From NCBI RefSeq assembly GCF_009914755.1, contig NC_060939.1: DNA of 64,000 nt; one strand, 5' to 3'. A program made the translations under genes and the position numbers. Positions 12,644 through 24,648 of this stretch are shown here, one piece after another. Origin of the DNA: the human T2T-CHM13v2.0 reference genome, Homo sapiens. Numbering within the stretch: the stretch's first letter is position 1; each line of letters opens with the position of its first letter. The notes below the pieces were generated by a model, which was not told where the DNA came from, ran no database searches, and worked only from the letters and a program-made list of their open reading frames with translations.

Positions 12644-13452
12644 CATTCTTACTCCCATTTGCAGGCAAGAGAACTAAAGCACAGAGAGGTCAAGAGGCTT
12701 GCCAAATGCCCCATAGCAAGAAAATGGTGAAGCTAGAATTCAAGGGCTCCACAGGGCAGGCTGTGCTCTACTGCCCATCTGCTCATGCAGGTGGGGTAGG
12801 GGGCAGGCACAGATGGAGGAAGGAGAAGGAGAGAGAAGGTAAAGAATGGGGAGAGAATAAATAGGACTCCCACATTCTGTAATCTCCCCATTGCTCCACC
12901 TGGGTCTCACACCCTCTCCTTTCCAGCACTGCCTAGAAGGCCTGGGGTCTGCTCTGGTTCCTTTGATAACATGGTAGCCAGGCCCTGGGGACCCCAGCAA
13001 GGGGAAGGCCCTGTCTCAGGACTGAAATATATGGAGAAGACCTGCTGCTCTCACCATGGGTGGGGGACTAGGGGACTTTGGAGACAAATGGGCTGCTGCA
13101 GTGCTGCAGCGGGCCTGGATATTCCTGGAATGCAAATGTAGAAAACATCTGAGTCTAAGAGAGAAGGGGACTGGGGAGGATGGGTTTCCTTCCCTGGAAC
13201 GGACACTGAATATCAGTGAAAGTTAGAAGACCTGCTGGGAGTAGAAGTGGAGAATGTAGCTGATTGTATAAATCAACCTCAGACCTTATTTGTGGGGGAC
13301 CTAGATGGGCAGAGGGGGATGGGAAATTCTGGAAGCTTATTTGCTTATGGGCAGAGGGCATTGTTCTTGCTTGGAGAGGCAGCTCTGGGGTAGGGCAGTG
13401 GCTCCCACAGCCTGCAATGCCAAAGTTTTGGCCAGTTCTGCTTGAAATGAGA

Positions 13453-13458
<6 letters not shown>

Positions 13459-13504
<46 letters not shown>
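13459..13504 (+). repeat. (CA)23 microsatellite
   Basis: Perfect dinucleotide run. Confidence 0.97.
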
Positions 13505-13507
<3 letters not shown>

Positions 13508-13799
13508 CAATGTAGGATATTTTAGGTTAAGGTTGCCAACTGTCCTTTCTTAGAAGGCTGTCTTTATTCTAAGGTTATATCCTTGCTACATTCTCTGTGT
13601 TAAAATGCCCTTTTATGAAATCATGGTGCTGGAAGATGCTGTTTTTTCAATGTCGTTGGCTAAATAAAAAGTTGGCACTGGGTTCTGTGTTTGTTCCGAA
13701 AAATCATTTTTGAAATGTTATTGATCTATAAGTTCCAAAAGTCTGGGAACCCCTGTTGTAAACAATAGAGCATGAAACTGAAAAACAAAAGCTGGAGAA

Positions 13800-13970
13800 T
13801 TAAGTACTTCTCTGTCAGTTACTGCCTGTGTATGCCTCGATCTTCCTCGTGTGTAAAATGGGTTTAATGATATGCACCTCAAAAGTTATTGCTAAGACTA
13901 CATGAGAAAATGAATGCACCTAGCATAGCATCTCATTTGTAGTAAGTTCTCAGTAAACACTGAATGATGA
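13800..13970 (+). mobile_element. MIR SINE fragment
   Basis: TTCCTCGTGTGTAAAATGGGTTTAATGATA core. Confidence 0.65.
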
Positions 13971-14196
13971 AATGATGGAATGAAACCTGCATTACCCAAT
14001 GGAGAGGAAGGCTCCTGGCCTTTGGAATCCAATTTAGGTCATATCATCTTAAAACTTTCTGTTGGGATGAAAGGGATGTTTTATACAAGATTCCTTCCTT
14101 TGAACTCTCCATCCCTGACAAGCCCTGGCTGGGTCTCCAGAAGGCAGACTTCCTTCTCTCTGGGACAGGACCTTGCTGTGGCCCCAAGCTCTACAG

Positions 14197-14417
14197 CAAG
14201 CTTGTTCAACCCGCAGCCCACAGACCACATGCAGCCCAGGACAGCTTTGAATGCAGCCCAACACAAACTTGTAAACTTTCTTAAAACATTATGAGATTTT
14301 TTTGCGATTTTTTTAGCTCATCAGCTATTGTTAATGTTAGTATATTTTATGTGTGGCCCAAGACAATTCTTCTTCCTCCAGTGTGGCCCAGGGAAGCCAA
14401 AAGATTGGACACCCCTG
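14197..14417 (-). mobile_element. MER30 hAT-Charlie MITE, full length
   Basis: Reverse complement of CAGGGGTGTCCAATCTTTTGGCTTCCCTGGGCCAC... Imperfect 8-bp TSD: CTCTACAG / CTATATAG. Confidence 0.85.
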
Positions 14418-14729
14418 CTATATAGGCAGCTGCTAACTCAGAGGGCCACATCGTTGACCCTGTGCTCAAAACCCTCTGAGAAGGCTGGGGGTGGTGGCAA
14501 GTGGTATCCATACATACATGCCACTTCATCTTTTTGCTCAGTGTAGATACAGTCCTGCACTTCTGCTCTGCCCCAAGGCAGGTCTGCTCTGTAGGGCTGG
14601 ACAGGGATCAGGGACATATAGACTTCCTGCTGGGAGTCCTGACCTGGAGACAAGGCCTCCAAGAAAGAATACTGGAATCAGCACCATGCCCTCAGGTTTT
14701 CTGTCCTGAGGCTTCCTGATAAAGAAGCT

Positions 14730-14844
14730 GGAAAAAAAAAAGAAAGAAAGAAAGAAAGAGAGAGAGGGAGGGAGGGAGGGAGGCAGGGGGAGAGAGAGAG
14801 AGAGAGAGAGGGAGGGAGGGAGGGAGAGAGAGAGATAGAGAGAG

Positions 14845-14907
<63 letters not shown>

Positions 14908-14915
14908 AAAAGAAA
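14730..14915 (+). repeat. Compound polypurine microsatellite (GAAA)n-(GA)n-(GGGA)n-(GA)n-(GGGA)n-(GA)n-(GAAA)n
   Basis: ~185 nt of purines with only two pyrimidines (14784, 14836). Confidence 0.95.
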
Positions 14916-15231
14916 CTAAGAAACTGGAAGGGTGGAAGGGGAGGGGACATGCAGGGAGCAACCAGACTGGATATAGATGTTCCGGGAAACAAACCAACCA
15001 GCCAGAGTTGACCAAGCCCTTGGGTGCCCAACCCTGTGCACAGCTACACATGGATGGAGGCCAAGAAGGCAGAGATATGCCCTAGCTTGGGCGATACCTG
15101 GTCTGGTCAAAGCAGCAAAAGATCATCCCAGAGGTTTGTAATCAAGAGTCAAAGGGAGTGGTTCAGAAGCTCAGGGCAATGATCCTCTTGAGTAGAGTCA
15201 AGTTGGGTTCCCTGGAGGAAATGGAAAGTGG

Positions 15232-15234
<3 letters not shown>

Positions 15235-15278
<44 letters not shown>
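15235..15278 (+). repeat. (GT)22 microsatellite
   Basis: Perfect dinucleotide run. Confidence 0.97.
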
Positions 15279-15280
<2 letters not shown>

Positions 15281-17364
15281 ATGTGTGCACGCGCACATGC
15301 TTATTATGGAGGAAAGAGTGAATGGAGTAGCCGGGCATGGATAAGGCCTGCAGCATTCTCACAGTGGGGTCATCAAGGATAGAGCTGGGGGCAGGTGTTC
15401 AATTCACCTGCAACAGCCTTTGCCCTAAGCTAGCCCTGAGAGAAAGTCCTGCTGTATTATACTCAGTCCTTCTGGTCCCCCTCCTCCCAGTACCCTCAAC
15501 CCCAGTAGGTGACACTTGCTACAAAAAAGCACTGGGAGCCCACATGCCCATCACATCAAGGTGTTAGTGAACAAGAGACCCCCTATAGGCTCAACTTCCT
15601 ATTGGGCTTGCCATCTGCTTTCTCTTCAGTTCTGCCTGGTTTCTTTAGGATCTAGGAGCATGAGCTATTGTATTGTCCTCTTCTCTATCCCCTGCCTCTG
15701 TGCAGGACTCCACCTGTGAGCCCCTGGACCCCAGCAGAGCCCAAAGCCCTTTCATCTCTAGGCCAGCCCCAGCTGCATTGCCCTTGATCTGTCTACTCCA
15801 CACCAACCCGGATGCTCGACTGTTCCCTGGGGACTCTGCCAGGGCACTGGGTGGGACCTCTTCCCCCTCCCACCTCGGGGAGCCTGGAGGAAGATGTGCT
15901 GACAGCTCAGCCAGGTCTGGACTGTGTCTCTGTGTCCTTCTGGGGCTCCAGGACGTCTGGGCCACCTGGACTCAGAGCCAGGCCAGAGAGGGAGGCACTG
16001 GGAGGGGGAGGCCCTGAGGTGCCAGCTGAGCAGAGCTGCCAAGAAATAAGTACCACAGACTCCTCTGTTCGAAGTCTGGAATTCACGATATATCAGGGAT
16101 GAAGTGGGTTCAGACAGGGGCCTCTGGGGTGGTTTCACAGCTTGGGCTGGAGGCGCCAGGAAGGGAAAGAAGGAAGAGACAGAATGGACTGGGAGAGGGG
16201 GGAAGAGACTCTGAAAATGGGGCTGGGTGCGGTGGTAGAAAGAGAGGTGGTGGACAGCTGGAGAGTTGGGGCTTTTCCTGGGACCCTGAGATGGCCCAGG
16301 GACTGGACTTGGCTCAGTCCCCCACTAACACTGGGCTCCTCCGCTCCACCCAGCCTTGCCCAGGCAGTCCTCCCTGCCATGCCCTCAGTCCTCTCCCCGA
16401 CTTATCTATGTTTTCTTCCTCCCCCAATTTCACATGATCCCTTTTCTCTGTTCAACGTGTGGAGTACCTGTTATCTGATGCTACATGACCCAGTCCCTAA
16501 TCTCCAGGCATCTCCAGGCTATGGCAAGGATAAGACAGACTCAAGACTTCACATAAGGAAGCCAGGGACGAGGAGCACGTGATGTGGACAAGAGGCTAGA
16601 GGGCCGAGGGGGGAGGAGGAAAAGCGTGAGGAGGGAGCAGGGGAGATGCTCATGTCTGAAGTAGTTTTGATGCAAGCAGGTGTGACTTGTAGAAGTGGAG
16701 GCAGGGAGGTGGGGCACGCCAGGTGCAGGGCCCAGTGTGAGCAGGAGAGCAGCAAAGGGAAGCCCCTGCCCTGGAGTGGGTGAGCACCCTGGGAGACCAC
16801 AGTCCTGGGGGGTCAAGGAGTGGGGAACGCGAGGACATGAGGGTGGGTGGCTCTGGAAGCCGTGAGGAATGCTGAGGGCGACTGGAGACAGGCTTTTGCG
16901 AGGACCATTGGGTTGTGCCCTGGGAGCCCAGCGCTGTGCTCAGCTCTGCTCAGAGCGAGCAGGAAAAGAACAAGACACAGTCCCTGCCCCTGGAAGCTCA
17001 CAGTGGGGTGGCGAAGATGAAAGTAATGCTGTGAAACAAGTCATCCTGCCAGAAGCAGGGGCCTGGACCCCTGACTGCTACAGGGACAGGGACTGAGCAA
17101 CAGCCAGGCTGGAGTTTAAGAGAGCTGCTCTCTCTGGTTCCCTGCAAAGCACATCTTTGTACAAGCCCCAAGGCCCAGCCTCCCTCCCACAAGCCCCATG
17201 CCTCAGGGTAACCTGCTATTACATGAGCCTTCTGCTGGATGCCTTCCAGAAAGAGACACTCCACTGTGTAATGAGAGCTGTGCCCCAGGCCACCCTGCAG
17301 GATCCAGAGAAGAGGCAGAGCCAGGGAGAGGGCAATGGAGACTGCCACATAATCTATGACAGAT

Positions 17365-19290
17365 GTGGTGACAGGGGCTGTCATGGAGGCTGTGACAGAG
17401 ACTGCGGTGTGGACTGTGATACACACCGTGACAAGGTCTGTGATACAGACTGTGACAGGGACTATGACAGAGGCCGTGATAGAGACTGTGACAGGGGCTG
17501 TGACAGAGACTCTAACAGACGCTGTGATAGAGACTGTGACAGAGACTGTGATAGAGGCTGTGATAGATACTGTGACAGGCTGTGATAGAGGCTGTGACAG
17601 GGGCTGTGACAGAGGTTGTGATAGAGGCTGTGACAGGCTGTGATAGAGACTGTAATACACACTGTGATAGAGGCTGTGATAGAGACTGTGATAGAGACTG
17701 TGACAGAGACTGTGACAGAGGCTGTGATAGAGGCTGTGACAGAGGCTGTGACAGAGGCTGTGACAGAGACTGTGATAGAGGCTGTGACAGAGGCTGTGAC
17801 AGAGACTGTGATAGAGGCTGTGACAGAGGCTGTGACAGAGGCTGTGACAGAGGCTGTGGTAGAGGCTGTGACAGAGACTGTGACAGAGGCTGTGACAGAG
17901 GCTGTGATAGATACTGTGACAGAGGCTGTGATAGAGACTGTAATGCAGACTGTGATAGAGGCTGTGATAGAGGCTGTGATAGAGACTGTGATAGAGGCTG
18001 TGACAGAGGCTGTGATAGAGGCTGTGAGAGAGGCTGTGACAGAGGCTGTGATAGAGACTGTGATAGAGGCTGTGACAGAGGCTGTGATAGAGACTGTGAC
18101 AGGGGCTGTGACAGAGGCTGTGATAGAGACTGTGATAGAGGCTGTGACAGATGCTGTGACAGAGGCTGTGATAGAGGCTGTGATAGAGGCTGTGACAGAG
18201 GCTGTGACAGAGACTGTGATAGAGGCTGTGGTAGAGGCTGTGGTAGAGGCTGTGACAGAGGCTGTGACAGAGACTGTGACAGAGGCTGTGACAGAGGCTG
18301 TGATAGATACTGTGACAGAGGCTGTGATAGAGACTGTAATACAGACTGTGATAGAGGCTGTGATAGAGGCTGTGATAGAGACTGTGATAGAGGCTGTGAT
18401 ACAGACTGTGACAGAGGCTGTGATAGAGGCTGTGACAGAGACTGTGACAGAGGCCGTGACAGAGGCTGTGATAGAGGCTGTGACAGAGACTGTGATAGAG
18501 GCTGTGACAGAGGCTGTGACAGAGGTTGTGATAGAGGCTGTGACAGAGGCTGTGACAGAGGCTGTGATAGAGGCTGTGACAGAGGCTGTGACAGAGGCTG
18601 TGACAGAGACTGTGATAGAGGCTGTGACAGAGGCTGTGATAGAGGCTGTGACAGAGGCTGTGACAGAGGCTGTGACAGAGGCTGTGATAGAGACTGTGAC
18701 AGGGGCTGCGACAGAGGCTGTGATAGAGGCTGCGACAGAGGCCGTGATAGAGGCTGTGATAGAGGCTGTGACAGAGGCTGTGATAGAGGCTGTGACAGAG
18801 GCTGTGACAGAGGCTGTGATAGAGGCTGTGACAGAGGCTGTGATAGAGGCTGTGACAGAGGCTGTGACAGAGACTGTGACAGGGACTGTGACAGAGGCTG
18901 TGAGAGAGGCTGTGACAGAGGCTGTGACAGAGGCTGTGATAGAGACTGTGACAGGGGCTGTGACAGAGGCTGTGACAGAGGCTGTGACAGAGGCTGTGAT
19001 AGAGGCTGTGACAGAGGCTGTGACAGAGACTGCAACAGAGACTGTGAGAGAGGCTGTGACAGAGGCTGTGATAGAGGCTGTGACAGGGGCTGTGACAGAG
19101 ACTGTGATAGAGGCTGTGACAGGGGCTGTGATAGAGGCTGTGACAGAGGCTGTGACAAGGGCTGTGACAAGGGCTGTGACAGAGACTCTGACAGCGACTG
19201 TAACAGGAATTGTGACAGGGGCTGTGACAGAGGCTGTGTTAGAGGCTGGGACAGAGACTCTGACAGGGACAGGGACAGGCACTGCGATGG
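17365..19290. repeat. Minisatellite/VNTR, 12-bp unit RCTGTGAYAGAG, ~160 units
   Basis: Directly visible. Homogeneous core ~17660-19150 with degenerate edges. It accounts for the four long low-complexity ORFs. Confidence 0.98.
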
Positions 19291-19829
19291 GGACTGGGAC
19301 AGAAATGTGACTAAATCTGGAACCACAATCAGAGTTGGGACAACAGTTCCTGGAGCCCGGGCCCACACTCCCACGGTCGACAGAGCAGTTGGCGGTGACA
19401 GCAGCAACACAGCAAACACAGAGGCCCAGCCAGGCCCAGGCATTTGTGGGGACGCCAGCAGGCTGAAGCTGCCGCGGGAAGACAGCGAGAGGGAGGTGAG
19501 TGAGGCTGGCGCCCACCCAGCTCTGCCTCGGATGTCTGTGTGTCCACAGGCGAGTTCCTGGCCCTCTCTGGGCCTCAGTTTCCTTGATAGTGCTTACCAT
19601 GGGGACAGATCAGATTAGAGTGTGGTAAGTGCAAACGTGCACTGACTGAGGGTCCCAAGTTACTCTCAGGGGTCTCTGAATCTCCAGAGTCTCCCCAGGC
19701 ACAGCCAGCTGATTGAATCCGTAATGCGCCTCCCACACATATGAACAACCATCTACCCCATGTGTGCAGTGCTCTTGTGAAGAACGAAACACAAATTTGT
19801 TTTAAAATGTAAGATAATTCATAGTCATG

Positions 19830-20030
19830 ATCGTAACTAACATTTATGGAGCACTTGCTCTGCGCAAGGTACCACACCAAATACTTAGCATGGATTAGCT
19901 CATGTAATCCTCACTAGAGCTCTGTCAGGTAAGTGGTATTTTCCCCATTTTACAGATGATTAAACTGAGGCTTAAAGAGGCTGACCGAGTTGCCCAAGTT
20001 CCCAAGGCTAGAGGAAGAGCCAGGGTTTGA
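19830..20030 (-). mobile_element. MIR SINE
   Basis: CCCATTTTACAGATGATTAAACTGAGGCT core. Confidence 0.75.
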
Positions 20031-20527
20031 AGACACTTCTGTCTGACCCAGTCTGGGCTCCTATCCTCACTCACCATGAGCAACTCTCTTAATCACAACT
20101 GCTATTGTGTCAGATACACTTGAAGTTCAAAGTCAAAAATGTTTTCATTGAAAAAGGGGTCTTCACACTTGAATTGGCTGGGACCTACCGGGAAGCGTTC
20201 CTTCAGTGCGTGGGCACTTCTGGTATTTCTGGAACTCTATCTTCTCTCTGCCCCTGCCTGAGGCACTAAGTTGGGGATAAGCAGGATATGATTTTCTGCC
20301 CTAAGAGAGCACAGAATAGCTGTAACGATTTCAAGGACTGTGTTTGTTTTTGCACCTTGTGCTCAGGATCTCACTTTGAGCTGTGCAGAGAAGGCCCTCA
20401 CACCCTGCTGTCCTTGAGGGTTGGATCCTCATTCTCCCAGATGCTCCTTGGTTTGGAAGTGAGGTGGGGACCCCCATGGCTCCTCCCAGACCATCACTCT
20501 TCTACCTTCCCATAAAACTCCTCACCC

Positions 20528-20836
20528 AGCCGGGCGCAGTGGCTCATGCCTGTAATTCCAGCACTTTGGGAGGCCAAGGCAGGCGGATCACCTAAGGTCA
20601 GGACTTCAAGACCAGCCTGGCCAACATGGTGAAACCTTGTCTCTACTAAAAATACAGAAATTAGCTGGGCATGGTGGTGGGCACCTGTAATCCCAGCTAC
20701 TCAGGAGGCTGAGGCAGGAGAATCACTTGAACCTGGGAGGCAGAGGTTGCAGTGAGCCACTGCACTCCGGCCACTGCACTCTAGCCTGGGGGACAGAGCG
20801 AGACTCAATCTCAAAAAATCAAACAAACAAACAAAA
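20528..20836 (+). mobile_element. Alu (AluS-type)
   Basis: Dimeric Alu with A-rich tail; small internal duplication at 20756-20781. Confidence 0.95.
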
Positions 20837-21116
20837 TCCCTCTTCACCCACCTGCTCCTCAGAGGCTCCCACAGCTGGTCCCCTCATGGCTGTCACCAAG
20901 GCATCTTTCCCACTGAATTTCCGCCTTCATGGAGGGGGCTCCCCATGAACCTTGGCCCTGGCTTCTGATTTCAGTGGCCTTCTTCTCACCCCCAGCCATC
21001 CACTCCCATGGCCTCAACCTAGAGATGCTCTACCTCTACGATTTAGGCTGACCTCAGCCTCTGCTCCTTCCACCTGCTCTCCGGGCCCTCCCTTTACACC
21101 TGCTCATCAAGGGCAG

Positions 21117-21584
21117 TGAGAGCTGCAAAAGAACTCTCAGCACATAATGACTCCACCTGAACCCTTGCACCCAGAGACTTAATAAAACTCTAGCATCGTT
21201 TCTAACAGCTCAAAGCAGCATCACTAGATGATGACTCCAGTGCTTTAAAGTCCCTGCCTGGGAAAGCTCAAGATGGCCAAAAGAATTTATTGTTTGTTCC
21301 AGTCGAGGGCCCCTGTCTCCCAGTCTCTGTGGGAGGGCACTTAACTTTGATAAGTGCCAGTCACCAAACCTAGCTTGCCTGGTCATATAGAGCAAACTCC
21401 TGTTTTTGCCCTTCAATGCCTGTTGCCTGGCTCATCCCACTTTAAAAAAAAAGCCTTTTGGCCTTTGTTTTGAAGAAGTTGAGTTCAGTTCATGCTGAAC
21501 CCTTTTCCCTATTGCAATAGTTATCATTGAATAAAATCTGTCCTTACCATTTTAACTAGTGTCTAGGTTTGTTTACCTTTGACA
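21117..21584 (+). mobile_element. Solo LTR, MER34/MER39-like (ERV1)
   Basis: CCCTATTGCAATAGT...TGAATAAAATCTGTCCTTACC...TTTGACA 3' end with polyA signal. Confidence 0.55.
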
Positions 21585-21896
21585 ATAGCAAGTTCTGTGC
21601 ATCCGCCCCTTCCGCCTTCAGTCCCTTCCCTTCCCAGTTTAGATACCAATATCTACCACCACAAGCTTATCTTGCCAGTGTCCTCAATTTCTTTGCCTCT
21701 TGGTTCTTTTTGTCTGTCAACCTAGAAACTCCAGCTCTGACCTTCTCTGCAGGCACACCAGCTACAGCAGGCCTGAGAGGCAGCCAGAGAAAATCACATA
21801 GCCGCACAGATTTGTTCATTGTCTCTGATGTGCCTCTATGCCTGGCAATCTGACTGTGTTTTCCTTATCTGCCATGTCTTCATTCTGTTCCATCAG

Positions 21897-22249
21897 TGTC
21901 TGAGTCTGCACAGTGTTGCTATGACAGAATACCACAGACTGGGTAATTTATAAAGAAAAGAGATTTAGTTGGCTCATGGTTCTGGGGGTTGGGAAGTCCA
22001 AGAGCATGGCACTAGCATCTGGTAAGGGTCATCCTGTGGTGGAGGGCTGGAGGGCAAAGGCAAGCATGTGAAACAGAGAGGAAGGGGACCAAACATATCA
22101 GGAGCCCAATCCTGCAATAATGGCATTAATCCATTCGTGAGGGAGTAGCTCCTATGACCTAATCACCTCTTAGAGGCCCCACCTTTTAATACAATGGCAA
22201 TTAAGTTTCCAACACACAAACTTCAGGGGGACACATTCAAACAATAGCA
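21897..22249 (-). mobile_element. MaLR solo LTR (MLT1A-like)
   Basis: AATACCACAGACTGGGTAATTTATAAAG...GGACACATTCAAAC..TAGCA; TG...CA termini. Confidence 0.85.
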
Positions 22250-22329
22250 ACCAGTTAACACTTCTCCCCAAATCTCAGCCTTCTGATCAAATCTCTGCTA
22301 TCCAAAAAAAAAAAAAAAGTGTCCTCCTT

Positions 22330-23330
22330 GAACTTCACTGTCCCTTTCTCTCCTTCCCATCACATCTAAACCTCTCAAGAGGGTGGGCTTCATTTGCTTT
22401 CCTTTCTCAACTCCCACTCATTCCTCAGCCCATGCAGTCAGGCTTCACTACCCATGGTGTCTTCAGCAAGACCACAAATGTCCTCCTGAGTACAAAGTCC
22501 ACCTTTTTTTCCTTTCCTTATTGACCTTGGAGCACCATGCCATGCTGCTGACCACCTCCCCCTTCTTGAAATACCCCCTTCCCTTGACTTCAGGGACACA
22601 CACTCTTCTGATTTTCTTTCTACATCTCTGGCCAGTTCTCAGGATCTTTTGTGTCCCATCCTCTTCTACTGGCTCCTCACATGTGGGTGATATCCCTGAC
22701 TCTATTGTATGCTCTTTTTTTCCCCCACGGGGTCTCTCTCCCTGAACGCCAGACCCTTGGCTTCAGTTGCCATTCATGCCTTCAGCCCAGACCTCTCCTG
22801 TGGGCTCCAGACCTGCTTATTTGGCTTCTTGGATGTGTTACAAGCAGCACACACTGAAAATGTCTAAACATTCACACTCTTCTCCAAAGACCCCTGCTCT
22901 TCCTGCTCAATGAACGAGACCACCATCATCCGGTGGCTGAAGCCAGAAACACTGGCATTATTCCTGACTCCTTCCTCTGCCCCAACATCCCATCAGTTCA
23001 AAAGTCTTATTTCTCCTTCATAAATATCTCTCAAATATGTCCACTTCTTACCATATGCACTGACACAACTTCAGATGATTTCTTGCCTAGGCTATGGCAA
23101 CAGCCTCCTAACTGGCCTCTCTGCCTCCAGCCTTGCTCTACTATAATCCATTATCCATGATGCTACCAGAGTGGTTTTTCAAATGTAAATCTAGCCATAT
23201 CTGCTTAAAACTCCTAACAAATATCACTGGCCTTAGGATAAAGTCCAAACTCCACTGGCAAATAAGCGGCTCGGTGGTCTGGCTGCTGTTGCTCCCTCAG
23301 CCTTCCCTCCAACCAGTGCCCTCCTGACCA
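22330..23330 (+). mobile_element. L2 LINE fragment (RT to 3' region)
   Basis: Pyrimidine-rich, with L2 hallmarks such as GCAGTCAGGCTTC, TGACCAC..CCTTCTTGAAA, CAGCCTCCTAACTGG and AGGATAAAGTCCAAACTCC. Confidence 0.75.
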
Positions 23331-24142
23331 CTGCACTGTGTGCTCATGCATGTCCATGGGCTTTCTGCTGGTGGTGATGGTGGCGATGTCATTCATGGCA
23401 GTGGAAGCGATCAGATGTCAGTTGTTGGTGATTATGGTGGTAACTTTAAACCACTGCCCATCACATTTTCAAGGCGATCTTTGGAGGCTGACTTCATCCA
23501 ACAAATATTCCTCGCTCCTATTTCCTGCAGGGTTAATTATGCATGCCCATCTCAGATCCACCTCCATCCAGGACTGTTTTAGGGCTCTCTGTTTGGGGCC
23601 CTGGCGAGCTCCCACATTGACTCTTGGTTATCAGCCTGAACCTATGTCCAGCGTTCATCTCTTTCTGGCCTTCAGTTGAGCCCAGCATGTTGGTGATGGG
23701 ACAGTGATGGCGATAAACATGAAGATCCTGCTGCTATCAGCACTCACTGGGGAGACAGACAAAGTTGCCTGGGGACCCTAGGAGAGGAGCCACTGGGAGG
23801 TCCAGCCAGGTGGTGCTGGTTCCAAGTCCTGCTGCGTCCAGCAGTGATCAGCTGATGGGGCTGCTTTGACCTTCTCAGAGGTTTGGCTCTGAAACACTGA
23901 CCTTCACCGACTTTCTCTGTATACCCAGGGCTGATGGTCTGACCCCCAACACAGGGCACTTGGTTGCCAGGCTGGAGCCCTGACACTTCTGATACAGACA
24001 ACATCTCTTCCCAATACCAGCATTTATTTGCATCTATGAATATGCATGGAGGCTGTTTTCCTGAACTGGGGAAGGTAGCTGGGAGCTGGGAAGACTGGAT
24101 ATAAGCTGTCTGGGGGGTGATCACAAGGCACTGATCTGCCCC

Positions 24143-24648
24143 TGTGGTAGGCAGAATGACGGGCCCCAAAGATAACCAGGTCCTAATTCCTGGAACCTAT
24201 GAATGTTACTTTGCCTGACAAAAAAATATATAAAAGTTTGCCAAGGTGATTAAGGATCTTGAGATGGGAAGATTATCCTGGATTATCTGGGTAGGCCCTC
24301 TGCAATCACTGGTGTCCTTATAAGAGGGAGACAGAGGGAGGTTTGACCCAGAACAAGAAGACAAAGTACCCACAAAAGCATGATGATGCGCTGAGGGCTT
24401 TGAAGATGGAGGAAGGGGCCATGAGCCAAGGAATGCAAAGGAAAACATCTAGAAGTGGGAAGATACAAGGAAACAGATTCCGCACTGGAGCCTCTGGAGG
24501 GAGCGTGGCTCTGCCAACACCTTGATTTCAGCCCAGTGAAACTGATTTCAGGCTTCTGACCTCCAGAACTATAAGAGAATAAATGTGTGTTCTTTTATGC
24601 CACCAAGTTTGTGGCACTTTGTTACAGCAGCAATAGGAAACTAATACA
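24143..24648 (+). mobile_element. MaLR solo LTR (MLT1D-like)
   Basis: TGTGGTAGGCAGAAT...CCTGGAACCT.TGAATGTTAC...GGAAACTAATACA. Confidence 0.88.

Noticed and set aside
14668-14690. RE1 left half-site TCAGCACC (similar halves near 2408-2415 and 8179-8186)
   Set aside because: No GGACAG half-site at a usable spacing.
17365-19290. CRISPR-like array
   Set aside because: No unique spacers, contiguous 12-bp units and a eukaryotic context.
17462-19618. 556-712 aa ORFs as genes (mucin-like or Cys-rich keratin-associated-like)
   Set aside because: All are translations of the same 12-bp repeat; openness in five frames shows it is compositional. No signal peptide or exon structure. Kept only as a speculative finding.
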